Origin: Pseudomonadota bacterium
GTDB taxonomy: Bacteria > Pseudomonadota > Gammaproteobacteria > JAKAQQ01
Direction: 5' to 3'
Length of the DNA stretch: 64,000 bases
Assembly (NCBI GenBank): GCA_021798115.1
Contig: JAJZYM010000008.1
Location: forward strand, 3,709-67,708
This document shows positions 9,875 through 18,897 of the stretch, piece after piece. The notes beneath the pieces are model-generated. The model saw only the letters and a list, made by a program, of their open reading frames with translations. It ran no database searches and had not been told where the DNA came from. Position numbers and translations under genes: made by a program. Positions within the stretch are counted from its first letter, which is position 1. Each line of letters begins with the position of its first letter.

Positions 9875-9940
9875 AGAGGGGGGGAAAGGCGGGAAGCGGA
9901 GAGCTCACCGCCCACCGCTTCCCCCCCATCTCTGATTCCT

Positions 9941-10513
9941 TCAACCGCCGAAATAGCCGGGGAGAATCTTCCGGTGGCTGCTCGGGGGGTCGCCGGCTAT
10001 CAAGGCCTTCTCGGTGGTCACGATGATCACCCCCGCCATCGGAACCGGGAACCCGTGGACCCCCGGCCGCTTGATCGGAACGTAGACGTTCCCGGGGGCC
10101 TTCTTGAGCTCCGCGTGAACTGGGCAGAAATAATAGTACACACCGGGTTTGGTGAACCGGACCCGGTAGGTCGAGACGGGGTGAGCGGGACCCGGCGTCC
10201 CCATGAGAGACCCGCTGAACTTGGGGTTGACCTTGCCCGTCAGTGGGTTGTAGCCGAGGACCATGTGCATGCCGGTGTCCTCGTTCACGAACACCACCGG
10301 CTGGCCCGGCGCCACCGCCACGACGTTCTCAAGAAACATGTTGTGGCCGTTCATATGAACGTAGACGGGCGAGGGGGATGCGGCAACCGGCACCGAGGCT
10401 TTGGTTTCGGGCCTTTTCGCCGAGGAACAGCCCCCGAGAAAAAAGAGGATTGAGGCCGCAGCCACCAGCGCAAGCCGTGGGGTGGAGGACGTGACGTGTC
10501 GGGAGCCAAACAT
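9941..10513 (-). CDS. Lipoprotein cupredoxin (plastocyanin/azurin-like copper protein)
   Basis: Lipobox LGGC; VAPGQPVVFVNEDTGMHMV (His1); FTKPGVYYYFCPVH...PMAGVIIV (Cys, His, Met). Confidence 0.8.
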   Translation of the reverse strand: MFGSRHVTSSTPRLALVAAASILFFLGGCSSAKRPETKASVPVAASPSPVYVHMNGHNMFLENVVAVAPGQPVVFVNEDTGMHMVLGYNPLTGKVNPKFSGSLMGTPGPAHPVSTYRVRFTKPGVYYYFCPVHAELKKAPGNVYVPIKRPGVHGFPVPMAGVIIVTTEKALIAGDPPSSHRKILPGYFGG

Positions 10514-10858
10514 GAGAGAGCACCGTCGGTGGGGAATCACAGGCATTTTATCGCAGTGCCCCACGGAAATACCGCGAACAGTCGACACACCCCAAGGGGG
10601 ATCGCCGCGACACGCCGCACGACCGACCTGTCCATGTTGCGATGGCTTGAAGATTCCCTGCCCGTGGAACCGAGGATTCCCCCGCCCTCCCTCCTCACGA
10701 CCTCCCCCGATGCCTCCTCCAAGAAACAGTCCGCACGTTCGTATCCCGGGCGAGCGTCCCCCGATCGTTGACGCTCTGAAAAGCATGCGTTGTGGTGAGC
10801 GACACGTGCCGGGGCAGGAAAAGAGCCCTGGGCGCATTCCCGCGATCGGAGATCCCCC

Positions 10859-11215
10859 TCAGACCCTGGGCGCGGGTTCCACAACCACGGCCGTCCCATA
10901 CGCCACCACTTCATTCATGGCCTGTCCCTGTCCCGCGTCAAACTCCCCCGAATCGAAGCGCATCGCGAGAACGGCGTTGGCCCCCAAGGAACGGGCGTGT
11001 TCGGCCAGCTGCGAAAGAGCTTCATCGCGCGTGGCGGAGACCATCTTGAGATAGCCGGTTTGTTGCCCGCCGATGACCGCACGGAGCCCCCCCAGGAAGT
11101 TGCCCACGATGGAGCGGGAACGCACCGAAGTGCCGTAGACCGGGCCGAGCACACGCGTCACACGCATTCCCGGATAGTCGTTGGTGGTGAGGATGGTGCA
11201 CGAGGTCTCAGCCAT
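10859..11215 (-). CDS. YbjQ/UPF0145 family protein
   Basis: ILTTNDYPG, GLRAVIGG, LGANAVLAMRFD, EVVAYGTAV. Confidence 0.92.
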   Translation of the reverse strand: MAETSCTILTTNDYPGMRVTRVLGPVYGTSVRSRSIVGNFLGGLRAVIGGQQTGYLKMVSATRDEALSQLAEHARSLGANAVLAMRFDSGEFDAGQGQAMNEVVAYGTAVVVEPAPRV

Positions 11216-11360
11216 CGCAGGATCCTCCAAAGAACAGCAAAAAGATGGCTCATCCTAGCACCGGCCAGTCGTTCGCATCCCCCCGACCCGGCTGAAGCGC
11301 TTGGCTGACCCAAACCCTCTCCGCCCACGCAAACGCTTCGAGCGGTGGTGCCGGAGGAAT

Positions 11361-11386
11361 AGATATGGTGCCCAGATATGGTGCCC
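11361..11386. repeat. 13-bp tandem duplication AGATATGGTGCCC at the 3' end of the tRNA copy
   Basis: Exact copies at 11361-11373 and 11374-11386. Confidence 0.9.
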
Positions 11387-11461
11387 AGGGCGGGATCGAA
11401 CCCGCACGACCTTCGTCGAGGGATTTTAAGCCCCTTGCGTCTATCGTCCCGCCACCCGGCC
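11379..11461 (-). pseudogene. Degenerate full-length copy of tRNA-Leu(TAA)
   Basis: Aligns end to end with 27049-27132; 1-nt deletion in the T arm (gattcgaa vs gatcgaa) plus substitutions in D arm, anticodon stem, variable arm and acceptor stem. Confidence 0.85.
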
Positions 11462-11862
11462 CCCCCCCGCCTGCGTCTCCTTCTACATGGACGTGGCCGT
11501 TCCGCTCTTTCACCCCCGCCGGAGATAGCCGGGTGATCGCCCCCCGAAGGATGCACGGAGCCCGCCCAGAAAGTTGCTCACGATGGTGCGTCAACACACC
11601 GGCGTGCGTGAACCGCACTCGGCACTCGTCAACCTTAAGCGATGGCCGGATCCTCTCGTGCAGACTGGGACAACCGCTCATTCCAAGATGGACTTTCCAA
11701 TTCCACCCGCAGCCCATACCGTGGCCGATGTCCAAGCACACTTTTCAAGCACACTTCCCGTTGAGTCCCATCGGGCATTCATGAAATTCGAATCCGTCTC
11801 TGCTACCTTGTACCGGCTACCCTATCCGTGTTGTCCCGACCTCGTCGGCACACCAGCCACAC

Positions 11863-12204
11863 ATGGATCCTCTCCTTCTCAAAATTTTCCCACGACATGC
11901 GAGCCGCTCCGGATCCGAGGAGGCGATCGACATCGCCGCTCGCTTACGCGCCTATTGGCATCGGCTGGATCTCTCCGGCGAGCCCCGTGTCCCCAACCGG
12001 GCCGGGGAGAAACCGGTCAGCCTTGAGATCGCACTCGCCGAGCTACGCGCCGACCTGGCCAAAGACTACTCGGGCGACTTCCTCGCCTATCGTCTCGCGA
12101 ATCATTTTGGCGCGCGAGAGGAAGATTTCCAATGCCCGCCACTTTCAAGACAACCCCTGTCCGTGGCATTGTTTGAGGCTCATTGGCTTCCAGGGCAGTC
12201 GTGA
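11863..12204 (+). CDS. Hypothetical protein coupled to opgH; may correspond to the N-terminal extension of long OpgH proteins
   Basis: 113 aa; stop overlaps opgH start (GTGA); C-terminal PPLSRQPL resembles a Pro/Arg motif of OpgH N-termini. Confidence 0.6.
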   Translation: MDPLLLKIFPRHASRSGSEEAIDIAARLRAYWHRLDLSGEPRVPNRAGEKPVSLEIALAELRADLAKDYSGDFLAYRLANHFGAREEDFQCPPLSRQPLSVALFEAHWLPGQS

Positions 12205-14267
12205 ACTCCCGTCGGTATTCCGAGTGGACCCGACACGCGTGGAGGAGGCGGGCCGCGCTTGCCGTTCTGGTGTTCGTGCCCGCGTTCGTGGCCAGCGTGT
12301 ACATGGCGGGGGCCTTGCCTTCACCCGGGAACCCCTGGCTGGATGGAGCCACGGTGCTCCTTTTCGGGATTCTGACCGCGTGGATTGCGGTCGGCTTCTG
12401 GACCGCCGTGTTCGGTTTCGGGGTTCTTCTCGGCCGACGTGCAACCACTTTTCTCGTGCAGGATTCATCGTCTTCATCACCGTGCATGACAGCTCTCGTC
12501 TGGCCGATTTATCGCGAACCACCCGAACGGGTTACCGCGGCCATCGAAGTGCTCTATCGAGGGCTTGAGCAGGCCGGCCAACTCGACGGATTTGAGTTCT
12601 ACATCCTCTCCGACACGGACGACCCGGACGCCTTTGTCCGTGAGCAGTGGGCCTGGGCCGAGGTTTGCCACACATTGGGGGCGTTCGGGCGAATTCACTA
12701 TCGCCGCCGCCGCAACAACATCAAGAAAAAAACCGGAAACATCGCGGATTTTCTCAGGCGATGGGGCCGCCGTTTCACCTATTTCGCCGTCATGGACGCC
12801 GACAGCCTGATGTCCGCCTCGTGCCTGCTCCGCATGGTCGCGCTGATGCAGGCCAACCCCACGGTCGGGATCATGCAAAGCGTCCCGGGGGTTGTCCGCC
12901 AAAAAACGCTTTTTTCCCGCATCCAGCAGTTCAGTAACCGACTCTACGCCAACATGTATGCCGCGGGGTTGTCGTTCTGGCAGCTGGGCGACAGCTACTA
13001 CTGGGGACATAACGCGGTAATCCGTACCGCGCCCTTCATTGCGCACTGCCAACTTCCGCGGTTGCCCGGCCGCCTGGTGCTTTCCGGAGACATCCTGAGC
13101 CACGACTTCGTGGAAGCGGCACTGATGCGCCGCGCCGGATGGTCGGTCTGGCTGGTGCCCGACCTCGACGGGAGTTGGGAAGAGACGCCGCCCACGCTGC
13201 CCGACGAACTCAAGCGTGACCGCCGCTGGTGCTACGGCAATTTGCAGCACCTGCGCCTGCTTTTTGCCAAAGGATTGTTGGCCACCCACCGGCTGATGTT
13301 CGTGAACGGGGCGATGTCCTATGTCGCTTCCGTGTTCTGGCTGCTTTATCTCGTGATGGGGACAGCCGTCATTGCCTGGCACGCGCTCGTTCCCCCCAGC
13401 TACTTTCCCGCCGGGCACGGCTTGTTCCCGGTCTGGCCGGTCTGGCATGAACATCTCGCCGCGATCCTCCTGACCGTGAGTGTGGTGATCTTGTTTCTGC
13501 CGAAACTTCTGGGCCTGCTCCTGGTGATGATCCAGAAACGCACCACCCTCTACGGAGGCACGGCGCGGCTGTGCGCAAGCGTCGTTCTGGAGATTCTTTA
13601 TTCCATGCTGCTCGCCCCGGTCCGCATGCTCTACCACAGCTGGTTTGTGCTCTCTTCACTTTTCGGCAAGCGTGTGCAGTGGGGCCGCCAGGAGCGGACC
13701 GCTCAGGGGCGTCGCGGGATTCAAACCGTCATGATCCATTTTGTGGTCGCGCTGGTGGCTTTTGTCTGGATCGGCCTGGTGGCCGCCTTGAATCCCGCCT
13801 ATTTGCCGTGGCTCGCCCCGGTGGTTTTGGCTCTGATCTTCGGAATCCCCGTGACGCTTCTGGTCCAGACCGTGAACGCCGGACGGTGGGCCCGCAACGC
13901 CGGACTGTTTGTGACCCCGGAAGAAATTGACCCCCCCGAAGAACTCCGTTTGTTTGAGCGTACGCTCAGGGAACGGGACGCGGCAAACGTCCGGGCCCAA
14001 CGGGGGTTCGTGGCCGCGATCATCGATCCCTACGTCAACGCCGTTTGCGTTGCGCGGCTCCGGCCCACGGCACGATGCTACAATAAGGAAATCGGCTTGA
14101 CGCGCGCACTGTACGCCGTGAGACTTCTGGAACACGGCCCCCAGGGTTTGGACCGGAACGAGCGGTTTGCGATTCTCAACGACAGGCTCCTGTTGACGGA
14201 GGCGCATGAACGTGTTTGGATTCTTGGAGAACCTCAAGAACAATCTTGGGGTCTCCAGCAAGCGTAA
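12201..14267 (+). CDS. opgH: Glucans biosynthesis glucosyltransferase H (GT2)
   Basis: ILSDT, KTGNIADFLRRWG, MDADSLM, YWGHNAVIR, ILSHDFVEAALMRRAGW, RDRRWCYGNLQH, multiple TM helices. Confidence 0.97.
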   Translation: MNSRRYSEWTRHAWRRRAALAVLVFVPAFVASVYMAGALPSPGNPWLDGATVLLFGILTAWIAVGFWTAVFGFGVLLGRRATTFLVQDSSSSSPCMTALVWPIYREPPERVTAAIEVLYRGLEQAGQLDGFEFYILSDTDDPDAFVREQWAWAEVCHTLGAFGRIHYRRRRNNIKKKTGNIADFLRRWGRRFTYFAVMDADSLMSASCLLRMVALMQANPTVGIMQSVPGVVRQKTLFSRIQQFSNRLYANMYAAGLSFWQLGDSYYWGHNAVIRTAPFIAHCQLPRLPGRLVLSGDILSHDFVEAALMRRAGWSVWLVPDLDGSWEETPPTLPDELKRDRRWCYGNLQHLRLLFAKGLLATHRLMFVNGAMSYVASVFWLLYLVMGTAVIAWHALVPPSYFPAGHGLFPVWPVWHEHLAAILLTVSVVILFLPKLLGLLLVMIQKRTTLYGGTARLCASVVLEILYSMLLAPVRMLYHSWFVLSSLFGKRVQWGRQERTAQGRRGIQTVMIHFVVALVAFVWIGLVAALNPAYLPWLAPVVLALIFGIPVTLLVQTVNAGRWARNAGLFVTPEEIDPPEELRLFERTLRERDAANVRAQRGFVAAIIDPYVNAVCVARLRPTARCYNKEIGLTRALYAVRLLEHGPQGLDRNERFAILNDRLLLTEAHERVWILGEPQEQSWGLQQA

Positions 14268-16071
14268 TTCCGTTCTGAGAGAGCGAAGGTCCCACCCGAA
14301 ATCCGGTCGATCGCTCCTCTGCCGGAGCCTGGGGGCGGTGGCGCTTCTCGGTCTTGCGGGCTGCGCGTCGGTTTCGTCCGTGCACAGACTTCAGGCCACC
14401 GCCCGAGCGACCCACGCCCAACTCGCGCACATCGAGTTCCAGGAGACAAGACTCGCACACGAGCTCCGCACGCTTCGCACCCATCTCGAATCGGGCCTTC
14501 GACGCATCCAGACGACACAAACCCTGCTCGCCACGCGCCTGGCATCCGCCACAGACCAAGCGCGAGCCGCCCTCATCAAGGCTCGAGAGGCCAACGAAGC
14601 CCTGCGGGTGACGCGCGCCCTGAACTCCGCACCTTCTTCCGCCGCCCACGCCAAGGGCGCCTGGCTTTTTGACAAGGTTCTGAATCAGGCCCGTCAGCTT
14701 GCGGGGGAAGCCTATGTTGCCCCTGCTCGGGCACCGGCGGCGGTGCGTGCAATCGGCCCGGCTGTCTTCCGTACCCTCCTCTGGCATGGAGCATTGCCGG
14801 GTTGGCCGGCCAAAGCCCGTTTCCGGCTTGCCTTCAAACCGGATGACTCTCGGTATGATCAGCCGGTCGCGATGTACGTGGTGGCCAACAAGCGTATTCT
14901 GCCGATCACCTTGAGGCCTGGGGATTTCAATTTCCCCGGCTCTCTGAGCCCCAAGCTTCCCTCCAGCCTCCCGGCCGCTGGATTTTCCGTCATCAGCCGC
15001 AGGCGCGGCCACGCCGCTTACGCCTTCCTGTCCTTTCTCGGAGCGAGTTACTTCCGGGTCCGTGGATGGCATGAGTCGTGGGGAAGCTGGTCCCGCGCGG
15101 TATCCCTCGACACCGCGGTGCCCAACCGGCGCGAGGAGTTCCCCACGTTCCGTGATTTCTGGATCGTGATTCCGCGGCCTTCGGCACGGACACTGACGAT
15201 CGTGGCCCTGCTTGATGGATCGAGCGTAACCGGCGCATTTCGGTTTCGCGCAACGCCGGGGCCGGACGCTCGGATTCGCGTGACGGCCGCCCTTTTTCTG
15301 CGCCGGCACGTACGTCTTCTTGGCATCGCTCCCTTGGTGAGCATGTATCTTCGGGGACGCATGCAACCGGAGCATCGTGCGACACTGCATCCCGCCGTCC
15401 ACTACGCCGACGGGTTGTCGTTCGAGACCAGAAACCGGCGCTGGGTCTGGTCGCCCCTCTTCAATCCGCGCTGGCAGAACGTTCGTGCGTTTTCCCTCCC
15501 GAACCCGCTTCGCTTCGGGCTGGTGCAACGCGATCGGCGCTTCGGGGCGTACCAGTCTTCCGATGCGGCCTGCCAAAAATGCCCAAGCCTCTGGATCGAC
15601 CCCCACGGTCACTGGGGAGACGGCCGTCTTGATCTTGTCGAAATTCCAAGCCACCGTGCGACGAATGCAAACATCGTGGCCTTTTGGGTTCCCGGCGTTC
15701 TTCCGCCCCCCAACAAGCCGCTGATCGTGCGATACACCCTTCGGTCTGGAGCGCGACACGACACGCCTCCCTCGCTGGGTTCCGTCCAGGAAACCCGCGA
15801 GACCCCTGCCGCGCATGGTCGCAGGATCTTCACGGTCTACTTTCGGGGAGAGGGGCTCGATCGGGTCCCCGCCTGGGTTCGGCTCAAACCCGTTGTCACG
15901 CTTCGCGGCCGGGGACGAACCCGCGATGTTTCGCTCGTGAAGCTTCCAAGCGTCGGGATGTGGCGCCTCCGATACACCGTGCCAGACCGGCCGGGTCTCA
16001 TCGTGAAAGCCTGGATCCGCTATCACAAGAAGCCCTTGAGCGAGATTTGGACGTATGAGATTCCGCGCTGA
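14206..16071 (+). CDS. OpgG/OpgD-family homolog with N-terminal lipobox and coiled coil; conserved acidic motifs lost
   Basis: LAGC lipobox, ~85-aa Ala/Leu-rich helical segment, then FLGASYFR, EEFPTFRDFW, ALLDGSSVTGAFRF, GIAPL, FGLVQRDR, LSEIWTY; start uncertain. Confidence 0.88.
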   Translation: MNVFGFLENLKNNLGVSSKRNSVLRERRSHPKSGRSLLCRSLGAVALLGLAGCASVSSVHRLQATARATHAQLAHIEFQETRLAHELRTLRTHLESGLRRIQTTQTLLATRLASATDQARAALIKAREANEALRVTRALNSAPSSAAHAKGAWLFDKVLNQARQLAGEAYVAPARAPAAVRAIGPAVFRTLLWHGALPGWPAKARFRLAFKPDDSRYDQPVAMYVVANKRILPITLRPGDFNFPGSLSPKLPSSLPAAGFSVISRRRGHAAYAFLSFLGASYFRVRGWHESWGSWSRAVSLDTAVPNRREEFPTFRDFWIVIPRPSARTLTIVALLDGSSVTGAFRFRATPGPDARIRVTAALFLRRHVRLLGIAPLVSMYLRGRMQPEHRATLHPAVHYADGLSFETRNRRWVWSPLFNPRWQNVRAFSLPNPLRFGLVQRDRRFGAYQSSDAACQKCPSLWIDPHGHWGDGRLDLVEIPSHRATNANIVAFWVPGVLPPPNKPLIVRYTLRSGARHDTPPSLGSVQETRETPAAHGRRIFTVYFRGEGLDRVPAWVRLKPVVTLRGRGRTRDVSLVKLPSVGMWRLRYTVPDRPGLIVKAWIRYHKKPLSEIWTYEIPR

Positions 16072-16648
16072 TTTCGACGGTTGGCATTGCATTCATCACA
16101 GCTCAGCAACCGAAAGGGTGACGGACGAACCGGCAGGCCCTCATGGAATTCACACCGTGACATCCCCATGCCGGGTCTCTGGTGTCCTGCGCTCGCCTCC
16201 TTGACATCATCGGCCCGACGGAGACACGGGTGACCTCCGAGGTGCTTTCTGCGACGGGTAGCGACGACATCCTCACGTCGTCACAATCTTGGATGGCGGC
16301 AAGAAACCGTGCCCCGTGGAGATTTTCCCCGCGATCTTTTGCAGCCACCAGGATTACCGGTCGACTTCAGACGATCGGTGTCCCAGAACCTGACGAGCTT
16401 GTTCATGATCACGGAACAACCCAAAGTGTCCACGCAACCACGACGGGAGGATGCGGACGTGCGTGTATCATGTGGCTCATGATCTCGATGACCGCCACCA
16501 CAGAAGACACGGACAACACGTGCGTATACGCAAGGAACCCCCAACGACCGTTCACCCGTCCTGTTGAAGCGCCGCTCTCCTCCCAAGGGAGGTGTTGCCG
16601 GATGATTGAACCGGGCGAGAGCGCGCCCGATTCCCTGGCCGGAATTCC

Positions 16649-18217
16649 GTGCGACGCCCGCGACTAGCCTTTCTGTGCGCTCTCGCACTCACCCCCGTCC
16701 TCGGGCGCGCGGCCCACGCGCGTTTTTCCTTTTCGGACGTCGTCCGTGAAGCCAAGGTGCTCGCCAAGACGCCGTACGTCGCCCCCCGGCCCGTCCCGGG
16801 ATTTCTGAGGCGACTCACCTACAACGCCTATCAGTCGATCCGCTTTATCCCGGCCAAAGCCATCTGGCGGAACCAGCATGCGCGATTCCAGGTGCAGCTC
16901 ATTTCTCCCGGACTCTATTACACGACGCCGATCCGGATCTTCACCGTTTCAAACGGCGTGAGTCGACCGCTCGCGTTTCACCGTGCGGATTTTTCCTATC
17001 CGTCCCAAACATTCGCGCAACACATTCCCCCGCATCTCGGATACGCGGGATTCAAACTCACCTATCCTCTCGTGGGACACCATCGTCACAACCAGTTCCT
17101 GGTTTTCGCGGGAGCGAGCTATTTCCGTGCCGTCGGTCGTCCCAACCGTTTCGGACTCTCCGCGCGGGGCATCGCGATCGACACCGCGTTCCCCCCGCAC
17201 GAGCAGTTTCCGGTGTTTGAAAAGTTCTGGATTATCAAACCCGCCCCCGAGGCCCGACGGATCCACGTCTACGCTCTTTTGAACGGACAGAGCGTCACAG
17301 GCGCCTACCGATTCATCATTCGCCCCGGCGAAGTCACCCGGATCGGAGTTCAGGCACGGCTGTTTTTCCGTCATCGTCCCCGCGTGCTCGGTATTGCCCC
17401 GTTGACCAGCATGTTTTTTTACGGCGTCGGGACGCCACGACCTGGCGGGGAATGGCGCCCGGCCGTTCACGATTCCGACGGACTCGAGATGGAGAACGGC
17501 GACGGCGAGTGGATTTGGCGGCCTTTGATCAACCCCCCCTCGTTTCAAGTGACCAGTTTTTCGCTGGACAACCCACGCGGGTTCGGCCTGGTTCAGCGCG
17601 ACGAACGATTCGTGAGCTATGAGGATCTCAACGCCGGCTACAACCTACGTCCAAGCGCTTGGGTGCTCCCGCGGGGGTCATGGGGACACGGGGATCTCGA
17701 GCTGGTTGAAATTCCCACTGCGTCAGAAACGGTCGACAACATCGTGTCGTACTGGGTCCCCGGCTTTAGGATCCGTACCGGACGAGAATACCGCTTCGCA
17801 TACCGACTCTTGTTCGGCAACGCCTCGGTCGCCAAGCCTCCCGGCGGGGCCGTGGTACAAACCTTCATCGGAGCGGGCCGAAACCCTGGCATGCCGTGCG
17901 ACACAAGTCGCCACACACTCCGATTCATTGTCGATTTCACGATTCCCAGAAGCGGGCTGGGCCGCCCGGTCCAAGGCGTTGTGACTGCGAATCCTCCGGC
18001 ACACGTGACGGCCATCAACGTCGTTCCCGCGCGAAACATCGGACAATCGCATCTTTCCTTTGACCGTCTGTCATTTCTGGTTCGAGTCCCACCAGGGCAC
18101 CCCCTTGAACTCAGGGCTTTCCTGAAAGATCAGGCCCAAACGCTCACAGAAACATGGAGCGAAATGTTGCCCGCGGACGCCATCCAGCCCCTGACGCAAA
18201 CTCCGGGCTGCCCTTGA
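16649..18217 (+). CDS. opgG: Periplasmic glucan biosynthesis protein OpgG/OpgD (GH186), intact
   Basis: Signal peptide, YNAYQSIRF, FAGASYFRA, GLSARGIAIDT, RPAVHDSDGL, ETVDNIVSYW, LTETWS. Confidence 0.93.
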   Translation: MRRPRLAFLCALALTPVLGRAAHARFSFSDVVREAKVLAKTPYVAPRPVPGFLRRLTYNAYQSIRFIPAKAIWRNQHARFQVQLISPGLYYTTPIRIFTVSNGVSRPLAFHRADFSYPSQTFAQHIPPHLGYAGFKLTYPLVGHHRHNQFLVFAGASYFRAVGRPNRFGLSARGIAIDTAFPPHEQFPVFEKFWIIKPAPEARRIHVYALLNGQSVTGAYRFIIRPGEVTRIGVQARLFFRHRPRVLGIAPLTSMFFYGVGTPRPGGEWRPAVHDSDGLEMENGDGEWIWRPLINPPSFQVTSFSLDNPRGFGLVQRDERFVSYEDLNAGYNLRPSAWVLPRGSWGHGDLELVEIPTASETVDNIVSYWVPGFRIRTGREYRFAYRLLFGNASVAKPPGGAVVQTFIGAGRNPGMPCDTSRHTLRFIVDFTIPRSGLGRPVQGVVTANPPAHVTAINVVPARNIGQSHLSFDRLSFLVRVPPGHPLELRAFLKDQAQTLTETWSEMLPADAIQPLTQTPGCP

Positions 18218-18224
18218 GACGCGC

Positions 18225-18533
18225 ATCGATCACCTGACCGAAGCGGCTCGTCGAACCCCACGTACGGGCAAGCGCCCCGTCGAGTTCGTCGGTGACCGCG
18301 GCCCAAACAAAGATCGTGGACGCAAGCAGAGCCGCCCACCCGTGCGAGGCCAGAAAGTCCACGTCCACGAAGACCGGGACGAGCAGGATGCGTAGAAGCG
18401 TCAGGACGTTGGGGAGGCTAGGCGGACAATTCTTCATCAAGGAACCGGTAGACCCTCTCGGCAAGGATCCGATCGATCCCTGGAACCCGGTCGATGTCCT
18501 CCATCCCGCGCGCGCCAGGTCGCGCAGCCCCCA
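18225..18533 (-). pseudogene. Remnant of uvrC 3' end plus pgsA 5' end
   Basis: GLRDLARAG/frameshift/MEDIDRVPGIDRILAERVYRFLDEELSA* then MKNCPPSLPNVLTLLRILLVPVF...AAVTDELDGALARTWGSTSRFGQVID; collinear with ~27530-27840. Confidence 0.9.
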
Positions 18534-18897
18534 ACGGCCGCGTTCCCTTCCTTCACAAGCGGGAGGCATCCGGACGGTGGGCAGCGTGTTCCGGTTGTAT
18601 AAGGGACAAGGCCCGCCCCCTGGACGGCGGAGGCGTGAAGCAAGACTGTCCGCCATTGCCGGGACGCCTCTCTCCGGTCGGCACTCTGACCTCGAGGTCC
18701 CGTTCCCACACCTCACATCCAGGGCGGCTCTCGCTGTTGTCTCGGAGTACTTTCGGTTTCTCCGCCGGTGCTGAAAGCTTCTTACTCTGCGCAGAGGTTG
18801 GTTCCAAACAGCAAGACCAAAATTCCTGCGGCGAGATCGCGGACACGAGCGGCAACTTCGTGAGATACTCACGACAACGAAGCTCGAGACTTCGCGC

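Noticed and set aside
16072..16648. 577-bp gap between the two opgG paralogs with short ORFs on both strands
   Set aside because: No recognisable homology or RNA motif; may be a decayed gene but I cannot support a call
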